This document shows positions 7,593 to 15,301 of a stretch of 15,301 nucleotides of DNA, in pieces; position 1 is the first letter of the stretch, and each line of letters opens with the position of its first letter. Below the pieces are notes generated by a model, which saw nothing but the letters and a program-made list of their open reading frames with translations, searched no databases and was not told the origin of the DNA. Made by a program: the position numbers and the translations under genes. The stretch spans positions 1 through 15,301 of the forward strand of contig JBHIAT010000081.1 in assembly GCA_046758705.1 (NCBI GenBank), read 5' to 3'. The DNA comes from Candidatus Bipolaricaulia bacterium. Lineage in GTDB: Bacteria; Bipolaricaulota; Bipolaricaulia; JBHIAT01.

Positions 7593-8339
7593 TCAGACCC
7601 TGAAGACCCAGTTGAAGATCGACGGCACGAGCAACGTCACGATCGCCCCGAGACTTAAGAACGGCCCGAACGGAACCGTCGCGCGCCGGCCCGCCTTCCC
7701 CCGAGCGATCAAGATCCCGCCGATGACTGAACCGACCACCGACGCGATCAGCAGGGTGATGAACAGATTCTGCCAGCCGAGGAACGCGCCGAGCATCGCC
7801 GCCAGCTTGATATCCCCACCGCCCATTCCCCCCTTGTATAGTACGCCCAACGCCCAGAGCAGCCCCCCACCGGCCACCGCGCTGGCGAGCGCGGTCCAGA
7901 TGGAGATGTCCCCGAGCCAGAGCGTGCTCAATAGCCCGAGCAGGATCCCGGGGAACGTGATCCAGTTGGGGATCCGTTTGAACTCAAGGTCGATGAACGT
8001 CACCACGATCAGCGCCGAAATCAGAACCAGGGCAACGATTCGGTGAGGCCAATCGTCGAGCACCAGGTAACTCGCCAGAAACAGCAGCCCAGTCAGCCCC
8101 TCGATGATCGGATACCGCCAGGAGATCGGCTCATCACAATATCGGCACCGCCCGCCAAGCAGGGTGTAGGAGAGGAGTGGGATGTTGTCGTAAAAGTTGA
8201 GCTGTGTCTGGCAATTGGGGCAGTGAGAGGCCGGGTGGACGATCGACAGACCTCGGGGGGTGCGGTAGATAATGACGTTCAAGAAACTGCCGATGCTCAG
8301 GCCCAGGATGAACAGGGCGGCGGCGTAAACAACGGTCAC
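7593..8339 (-). CDS. pilD: Type IV prepilin peptidase (A24)
   Basis: GSFLNVIIYR, CPNC and CRYC zinc motifs, FIDL and GMGGGDIKL catalytic aspartates, VPFGPFL. Confidence 0.95.
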   Translation of the reverse strand: MTVVYAAALFILGLSIGSFLNVIIYRTPRGLSIVHPASHCPNCQTQLNFYDNIPLLSYTLLGGRCRYCDEPISWRYPIIEGLTGLLFLASYLVLDDWPHRIVALVLISALIVVTFIDLEFKRIPNWITFPGILLGLLSTLWLGDISIWTALASAVAGGGLLWALGVLYKGGMGGGDIKLAAMLGAFLGWQNLFITLLIASVVGSVIGGILIARGKAGRRATVPFGPFLSLGAIVTLLVPSIFNWVFRV

Positions 8340-8575
8340 ATCCCCTCCGACGCCTCGAGTTGAGTGATACCCTTCAACTTACTCAGATCGATATCTCATG
8401 ACGGTTTCCGACAAGGCATTTTAACGGACGCCCCGGCACAATGCAAGCTGAGAGATCGGTGAACCGGTCCCTCGGCTTGCCGGATACCCCCCGAAGGTAT
8501 AAGATGGTTGACGTAAAGGCCGTTTTATCGGCGGCCTATGGCTCAGAGATCTGGATTCTGAGGGGAGCGAATTTG

Positions 8576-9916
8576 ATGGCCCCGAGCTGGACTCTTGAAG
8601 AAGCTGACCCTGAACTCAGTGAGTTGCTGCACCAGGAGGCGAAGCGGCAACATGATGTTCTGGAACTTATCCCCTCAGAGAACTACACTTCACTGACAGT
8701 GCTCGAAACACTCGGCTCGGTGTTGACCAACAAGTACTCCGAAGGCTACCCCAATCGCCGCTATTACGGCGGCAATGAGTTTATCGATCATGTGGAGCGT
8801 CTGGCGCAGACGCGGGCCAAGCGCCTGTTCAAAGTGGCACATGTCAATGTGCAACCTTACTCAGGCTCACCGGCGAACCTGGCCGTCTATCTCGCCACCT
8901 GTCAACCCGGCGATCCGATTATGGGACAACACCTCACCGACGGTGGTCATCTGACACATGGCTGGCGGGTGAGCGTGACCGGCCAGTGGTACCGGAGTAT
9001 CCCCTACCATGTCGATTCTGAGGGATGGATCGATCTGGAGGAGGTGGAGCGACTGGCGACGGATCACCGTCCCCGGTTGATCTGGGTCGGGGCGACCGCC
9101 TACCCCCGCCAACTCCCATTCGAGGCGTTCGCAAAGATCGCCGATCGGGTGGATGCCTACCTGGTTGCCGATATCGCCCATGTGGCCGGGTTGGTGGTAG
9201 GGGGAGTGCATCCCGATCCGGTTCCTCATGCTCACATCATCACCACCACCACCCACAAGACGTTACGCGGCCCCCGGGGGGCGTTAATCATGGTGACCGA
9301 GCGGGGACTTGACAAGGATCCCAAATTGCCCCACAAGCTGGAACGGGCCGTCTTCCCAGGATTGCAAGGGGGCCCCCACAACCACGTGATCGCCGCGATC
9401 GCTGTAGCGCTTAACGAGGCCGACGGCCCGGCCTTCCGGCGCTATGCCCGTCAGGTCGTGGCCAATGCGAACGCGCTGGTTCAGGAGCTGATCGAGCTGG
9501 GTTTCCGGTTGGTGACCGGCGGGACGGACAACCATATGATGTTGGTGGACTTAAGCCCGATCAAACCGGGCTTCGGCAGTTTAGCTCAGGAGGCCCTGGA
9601 GCTCGCTGGCATCGTGGTGAACAAGAACACTATCCCCAAGGAGCCGAGTTCTCCGTTCTATCCCAGTGGGATGCGGTTGGGGACGCCGGCGGTCTCCACC
9701 CGAGGCATGGGGGAGGAGGAGATGCGAAAGATCGCCCACTGGATCGATGCGGTGCTAAACGAGGCGAGTGCCTATCAGCTACCGGATGACAACCGTCCCG
9801 CCTTCCTCAAACGGTTTCGGGAGGAGATGGCCGAAAACCAGGTGATCGTGGAGATCAAGCAGGCTGTCCGAGAGCTGTGCGCGGCGTTCCCTCCTCCGAC
9901 TCCTGCGCCGCGCTGA
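8576..9916 (+). CDS. glyA: Serine hydroxymethyltransferase
   Basis: LIPSENY, NKYSEGYP..RYYGG, GGHLTHG, TTTTHKTLRGPRG (PLP lysine), FPGLQGGP; GAGGGG before ATG 8576. Confidence 0.97.
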   Translation: MAPSWTLEEADPELSELLHQEAKRQHDVLELIPSENYTSLTVLETLGSVLTNKYSEGYPNRRYYGGNEFIDHVERLAQTRAKRLFKVAHVNVQPYSGSPANLAVYLATCQPGDPIMGQHLTDGGHLTHGWRVSVTGQWYRSIPYHVDSEGWIDLEEVERLATDHRPRLIWVGATAYPRQLPFEAFAKIADRVDAYLVADIAHVAGLVVGGVHPDPVPHAHIITTTTHKTLRGPRGALIMVTERGLDKDPKLPHKLERAVFPGLQGGPHNHVIAAIAVALNEADGPAFRRYARQVVANANALVQELIELGFRLVTGGTDNHMMLVDLSPIKPGFGSLAQEALELAGIVVNKNTIPKEPSSPFYPSGMRLGTPAVSTRGMGEEEMRKIAHWIDAVLNEASAYQLPDDNRPAFLKRFREEMAENQVIVEIKQAVRELCAAFPPPTPAPR

Positions 9917-10008
9917 CCCTGTCGCTGAGACCATTGATATTGGCCGTGCCCATCTTATGTTCACCCACGTTACGGTATACGGATCTTTATCTTTAGACGG
10001 TCGCTTCC

Positions 10009-10752
10009 TCAACGTTGGCGCGTCACCATGGCGTACGTAATGCCGAACCCCACCACGCACCATGCTCCCAGCACCGTGAACGCCAGCCCGAGCTCGCCCG
10101 AGTCCCCTTGCGTCAGCGTCCCACGGATCACGTCCGCCACATACTTCAGCGGCAGGAAGCGGTGCAGCTCCGCGAACCAGACGGGGAGCCGTTCTGCCGG
10201 ATAATTGACGGGCGAGAACATGAACAGGCCGACAATGACGTTAGTGATCAGGGTTGTCAGCACGGGTGACGGCGACAGGTGGGCGATGGTATACCCGATA
10301 GCTGTCGCTGTCAGCGCCACCAGCAGGAAGGCTGGCACCACCAGCGGACTGATCTGGAGGTCGAAACCGTAGCGCAACGAGCCCACGATCAGAGCCAGCA
10401 CCACACCCGGCAGCGCAGCCGACAGCCAGATGGTCACGTCCGCCGCCAGGTAAACCATGCGTGGGACCGGCAGAGACCACATATAATCGAAAGTCCCCTG
10501 CAACTTAGCTTGAGCCACCATCTGCGGCACCATCACTAACCCCACAGTGATGAGGGCGAGGGTGGGCGCTCCAGTGGCGAGGAACATAGCTGAGCGTGGG
10601 TCAATCTCCGGGAGGAGAAATCCCAGGCCAATAACAGTGCCGACCGCAATGAGCAACTGAACAACCATGATGAACGGCAGTATCGGTTTGAGCCTGAGAG
10701 CCTGCCACTGTAGCATCAGACGATAGCTATTGAGCCAGTGGGACAGGAACAT
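10009..10752 (-). CDS. ABC-2 type exporter permease
   Basis: About six hydrophobic segments, GTFDYMWSLP and FSPVNYPAERLP motifs; overlaps the end of the ATPase gene. Confidence 0.9.
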   Translation of the reverse strand: MFLSHWLNSYRLMLQWQALRLKPILPFIMVVQLLIAVGTVIGLGFLLPEIDPRSAMFLATGAPTLALITVGLVMVPQMVAQAKLQGTFDYMWSLPVPRMVYLAADVTIWLSAALPGVVLALIVGSLRYGFDLQISPLVVPAFLLVALTATAIGYTIAHLSPSPVLTTLITNVIVGLFMFSPVNYPAERLPVWFAELHRFLPLKYVADVIRGTLTQGDSGELGLAFTVLGAWCVVGFGITYAMVTRQR

Positions 10753-11707
10753 GATTCACCTCCTCGGTCGGCACCTCCAGCGCGTCTGGACGGCCGATCA
10801 TCCGTACATAGATATCCTCCAGCGTGGCCGGTCCTATGGAGAACTCCTCCACGATCCCCTTCTCCTTCAGGCCATGAACCCATTCCACCGCCGGGCCCAC
10901 CCAAGTCGCCTCCACCTTCGCGAACCAGCGTCGGCCTACGATGACCGACCGATACACAAAGGCGGGTAGTGCTGGCAGCTCCGCCGTGGGCTCCATAATC
11001 AGCTCCAGGCGCAAATACCCCGCCTCGTGCTCCTTGAGCGAGGCAGGTGTTCCGGTTCCGATCACCCTGCCCCGGTCGATGATCGCCAGGCGGTCGACCG
11101 AGCGCTCTGCTTCAAGCACATTGTGTGTGACCAGTAGCACCGAAGAACCCATATCGGTGAGGGTACGCACCTCTTGCCAGAGCAGGCGGCGGCGTAGTGG
11201 GTCGACGTCATTGGTCGGCTCGTCCAGGATGACGAGCTGGCCGGGTACCACTACGGCCATGCAGAAAGCGACCAGCCGGCGCACGCCCCCGGAGAGATTT
11301 TCACCTCTCTTCTCAGCCCACTGCCCGATCTCTAGTGCATCGATCAGTTTGCGTGCTCGCTGACGCACACGCTTTGGCTGGCCGCCGCGCATGCGACCGA
11401 TGAGCTCGATCGCTTGCAGCGGGGTAACCCCATCAATCGGTACTTGGGTCTGGGGCTGGAACGAGCAGGCCTGACGGGCGTAGCCAGGATTGGCGACGAC
11501 GTCCACACCCGCGATGCGGATCTTCCCAGAGGTGGGCGTCGCCAGACCGATGATCTGACTCACCAACGTGGTCTTGCCAGCACCGTTCGGCCCCAGCAGG
11601 CTAAAGATCTCGCCCACCTCGACCGACAGCGAGATGTTATCATTTGCCCGGACTCCGCGGCGGTACTCCTTGCTGACGTGTTCGATCTCAAGCATGGTCA
11701 TGGTCAT
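10727..11707 (-). CDS. ABC exporter ATP-binding protein
   Basis: Walker A GPNGAGKT, signature LSGG, Walker B ILDEP, H-loop VTH. Confidence 0.95.
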   Translation of the reverse strand: MTMTMLEIEHVSKEYRRGVRANDNISLSVEVGEIFSLLGPNGAGKTTLVSQIIGLATPTSGKIRIAGVDVVANPGYARQACSFQPQTQVPIDGVTPLQAIELIGRMRGGQPKRVRQRARKLIDALEIGQWAEKRGENLSGGVRRLVAFCMAVVVPGQLVILDEPTNDVDPLRRRLLWQEVRTLTDMGSSVLLVTHNVLEAERSVDRLAIIDRGRVIGTGTPASLKEHEAGYLRLELIMEPTAELPALPAFVYRSVIVGRRWFAKVEATWVGPAVEWVHGLKEKGIVEEFSIGPATLEDIYVRMIGRPDALEVPTEEVNHVPVPLAQ

Positions 11708-11738
11708 GTCCCCCTAACCTGGCGATATAGACGCTTCA

Positions 11739-11987
11739 TCATGTTGCTTCCCTGGTACAGTTTGCGATTTCATCATCTTCATCGAGCGATACCAGTTGGG
11801 TCTCCGGTTGCGGCAAGAACGCAACCAACAGGTTGACCAACCTCCGAATCCTCACCCGTGCTCGAAACTGTGGAGGCCGCAGCGAAGGCGGTTGCGCCGC
11901 TCGCACCAATCGGGCCCGCTCTGCCTCCCGATGGAGTTCCTCCATCCTGGCCTGTCCCAGCCTCATGGTGAGATATGGGTGATACAT
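11739..11987 (-). CDS. 82-aa hypothetical protein leading the ABC operon
   Basis: AAGGAG RBS; helical RMEELHREAERARL; second diverged copy nearby. Confidence 0.65.
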   Translation of the reverse strand: MYHPYLTMRLGQARMEELHREAERARLVRAAQPPSLRPPQFRARVRIRRLVNLLVAFLPQPETQLVSLDEDDEIANCTREAT

Positions 11988-12035
11988 GATCTGGCTCCTT
12001 TCTTCGTATTGCCAGGAGGAAGTATATCTTGTGGA

Positions 12036-12074
12036 TGTTAAGAATTTGTTAAACCGAATTGTTAAAAATGTTAA
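12036..12074 (-). promoter_or_regulatory. Four direct repeats TTAACA upstream of the ABC operon
   Basis: TGTTAA on + strand at 12036, 12047, 12060 and 12069 in an AT-rich intergenic stretch. Confidence 0.55.
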
Positions 12075-12181
12075 TCATGGAGACCCCATAGGGAGGGACT
12101 TCCCCGAAGCCCCACTCACTTATTGAAGTTCGCGTCTTAATATAGGAGCACAGCCAGCAAGTTAAAGGTTTTGAATTTCAT

Positions 12182-13132
12182 TTAGAACTCAACTCCGAAG
12201 CCGGCGACCCAGCCGCGACGGTTGTGGTAGTTGACGTCGATGTGCATCAGATTGCTTACCCGAAGCGATAGTCCGCCCATCGTGATGAAGTAGAGTTGCG
12301 GATCCTGTGGATAACCGAAGAAGAACCCGGACGTTCCCTGATAGATTTCAACCCGCTGTTGATCGGCGATCCCGGCCCCGGCCTGGAACGCGATGCGCCC
12401 GATCGAGATCCCGAACTTGAGGTACAGCTCCCCCTCGGGGCCATCGTTGCGCTTCCCTATTTTGGTCCATGAAGGGTCAGGAGGACCGATCCCCGTCTGA
12501 TCTTTATAGTTCGGAGGAGCCTAGTTCCCGGTGAATCGGAAGGCTCCCCCGATCCGGAAGTTTCCCGATCCGGCTTCAGCGCCGAGGCTTAGGATCCCAC
12601 CTTGATCACTTCCCCCGTTCACCCCGACGAAGAGCGGAGACGGGAGTGGTGCTACGATGAACGGTCCTTCATCCTCAAAATCGAAGTCGAAGTCGGAGTC
12701 AAACTCGTCCTCGGATGCTTCCGCTTCCAACTCCTCGATCCGATCGACGGCGTCTTCCACCAGGGACTGCGCCGTGCGGACCATATCGAGCGCCCGAAGC
12801 GGATCGTCCTCGGTCCTCGCCAGGACGATGAGCGACTCGGCCGGGACGAGGGTGCTCCTCACTCCGGGATCGTCGGTCCGGCCCTGAAGCACCGCGATCT
12901 CACTCTGGGCCACCCGCAGGTAATCGATCGCCGCCGGGGTGACCGCCCCCTCGTCCCGGATGATCTCGGCAGCCCGATCCAGGTAATCCTGTGCCTCTTC
13001 CCCGGGGCCGATACCGATACCGATGGGGATGGTAATACAGCCGGTGAGCCCCAGCAGCAGGAGTACCACGCCCCATAAAGCGATCCACCTGTGTCTGATG
13101 TCGATTACCCCAATCTGAATATGGCGTTTCAT
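12182..13132 (-). pseudogene. Lipoprotein with C-terminal outer-membrane beta-barrel, interrupted by an in-frame TAG (12521-12523)
   Basis: Signal peptide with lipobox LTGC; helical domain; acidic linker; after the TAG the frame continues 112 codons with amphipathic strands and ends GWVAGFGVEF*. Confidence 0.75.
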
Positions 13133-13385
13133 CGTGTTGCCCCCTGGTACAGTTTGTGCTTTCATCATCCTCATCGAGCGGTACCAGATCGGGTCTTCGG
13201 CTGCGGCAAGAACGCAGCCAACAGGTTGCCCAGCCTCCGGATCCTCACCCGTACTCGAAACCGTGGAGGCCGCAGCGAAAGCGGTTGCGCCGCTCGCACC
13301 AATCGGGCCCGCTCTGCCTCCCGATGGAGTTCCTCCATCCTGGCCCGTCCCAGGCTCGCGTTCGGTATTCAGAACAGTGGAACAT
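13117..13385 (-). pseudogene. Frameshifted duplicate of the 82-aa gene and its 3' flank (matches ~11725-11964)
   Basis: ~240 bp of high similarity, offset 1392 then 1393 (1-bp insertion near 13188); ATG 13385 is out of frame with the conserved MEELHREAER. Confidence 0.8.
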
Positions 13386-13391
13386 CCCTTC

Positions 13392-15255
13392 CTATTTGGA
13401 TAAACGTGCATTCATGATCATGAGGAACAGTTGTCCAATTGCTTCGTCGGGGATGCTCCATGCTACATCTGTATTTACGCGATGAACCAACACCAATTTG
13501 AGGTCCGGTACGATGGCAAGCACATGAACGCCAATTCCTGTGTGGTAATAAAATGGATGTCCGACGGACTGTGCCAATTCAGAGCCTTCCGGAGCCACTT
13601 TCCACAGATATCCATACCCTTGGCCTGATGCACTATCCACAACCGAATATGAAGTCGTACTTTCAGCAAAATCCCAGTTATTGTAGTAGTAAAAGGCACC
13701 GGGTGGATGACTGCCTCGTTCCGGACGTGAATCTATCATCGATTGTGCTTCAGCGGCTGCCTCATGGTAAACGCCGGAGCGGGATTTCAGCAGGTCGCTG
13801 ACCTTTGCTTGTTTTTCTTCAGCCGTCAGACTGGGAGGTATATCATCGATGTTCAAATCCTCCATGGTTGCATCCAGGTCAATTTCGCCGCGTTCAACGT
13901 GAATGCCATAAAGTGCACTGGGAAAAGGTTTTCTAATAGAATGAACCAGGAAATTCCTTGTCACCTCACCCCATGAGAAAAAGACCTTCCCGTCGTAAAC
14001 CGCCATCACGGCAGCAGAACCGATTTGCTCAGCAAACCTTCCTGCTTCCTCTAATTTTTCAGATGACCACCCTACTTCCTCAGGCGAAACATACTCAGGC
14101 TCATTATCATTATCTACTGTATCTTGCTCAGACTCATCGGTTACTTCGGTCGGAGGTGCCTGCGCGTTGATCCTTTTGAAAGTGAACGTCTGCCCCTCTT
14201 GTTCGAGTACAGCTTGAGTCACCTGCCCGGTTTCATCTGTGATGAATGTCACTTCAAAATCAACTTCATCTCCATCAAAGTCTGTGTGAAAGAAGCTCGT
14301 TTCTGATCGCGGAAACAGCTCAAACATCGGCCCGCCCCACATAGAAAGATCCACATAGAGTTTGTCATCCTCGCGCGTCACTGCAATAAAAGGGAAGGGT
14401 AGTTCGCTTTCAGCCAATTCAGCTGGCACCTCATACTGCCCCACATAACCGTCATAGACCTTCGGGTCGACATCCGTCGCAAGTCCCAGCGCCGCCAGTC
14501 GTCCCTCAAGATATCCCTGTGTCTGTGTCTGAATATCTTCCAGTCGACCTCTACCGACGCTGGCAAACAGCATCTGATAGGAGAAGAGCTCTCTTTCGAG
14601 GATCTCCCGCACATTGCTGTCTGTGTATTGATTCAACTGGTTCATCAGGTCACGCGCATTCGCTTCCCAGTCAATGTCTGGTACGATCTTTCCGTATTGA
14701 GGTTGGAACGGGTGTCCTTGTAACGTTGGGTAAACCATCCGAGCCCATACGGAAGCTCGGTGCCGGCCGTCGACACGGTGGGCGTAAACATCTGGTCTTT
14801 CGTCTGTTGACGGACCAGGAGGTTCTGATCGATGGCGATGTCGAATTTGACCAGGTCGACAACGGTTATGAGGCCGGCGGACGCGCTGAAACTCATCGGG
14901 TAATACCCCGCCACGATTCCGTACGTTGGGTCAAATCGATACGGTCTGGCGAGTTCCCTGAGAACGTGAGTAAAGTCTCTGCCACTCCAATTCGTCATGA
15001 GGCTGGGGGCCGTGTTCATCATGTCGAGAGGTTCAAGAATTCTCTCGATCAAAAGCTCTGCGAATGACCGACCAGAGGCCTGCTGGATCACTTGGCTCAG
15101 CAGGGCGAAACGACTTCCATTGTACCTGTAGAAGCTGCCAGGATAGCCTTCGGAGGTATGCGACAACAGATGCTTTACTCGGACAACCCACGGGCTTTCT
15201 AGATCAACACCATATTTGGATATCGGATCATCCAGATCGAGTACACCCTGTTCCT
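13392..15255 (-). pseudogene. Decayed multidomain serine hydrolase (beta-lactamase family): partial domain, DUF3471-like linker domain, second beta-lactamase domain
   Basis: GVLDLDDPI..VKHLLSHTS..FYRYNG..ILEPLDM..YGLGW in frame 1; frame change near 14700-14740; second domain with SIRK (SxxK), YYYNNWDF and HTG; 5' end cut near 15255. Confidence 0.8.
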
Positions 15256-15301
15256 TTCAACTTACTCAAAGTTGATCAGGTCATTCGCTCTCCGTTGATG
15301 T

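Noticed and set aside
8340-8575. ZTP or glycine riboswitch upstream of glyA
   Set aside because: No recognisable consensus elements by eye
13133-13411. N-terminal 93 codons of the 296-aa ORF
   Set aside because: Off-frame reading of the duplicated small gene; the signal peptide and RBS point to ATG 13132

Overview
Mosaic bacterial window, probably from a diderm (it encodes an outer-membrane beta-barrel with a C-terminal beta-signal). Left part (1-6850) is an accessory/mobile zone: an MNT antitoxin whose downstream partner is cut off, a DUF6788-like gene, and a cluster of transposase-less, gene-carrying elements bounded by related ~25-28 bp terminal inverted repeats (core TCGGTTGGTAA). One of these elements sits inside another and splits a SnoaL/NTF2-like gene with a perfect 8-bp target duplication. 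Next come an Mrr-type restriction endonuclease, an IS701-like IS and a broken TnpB/Cas12f-like gene. The middle holds two tandem c-di-GMP-I (GEMM) riboswitches upstream of a 71-aa CcdA-like ribbon-helix-helix gene, then prepilin peptidase pilD and glyA. The right part has an ABC-2 exporter operon led by a small gene that also has a decayed ~240-bp duplicate, a lipoprotein/beta-barrel gene with an in-frame TAG, and a deleted and frameshifted two-domain serine hydrolase. No CRISPR array, tRNA or rRNA was seen. All family calls are by motif recognition, without database searches.
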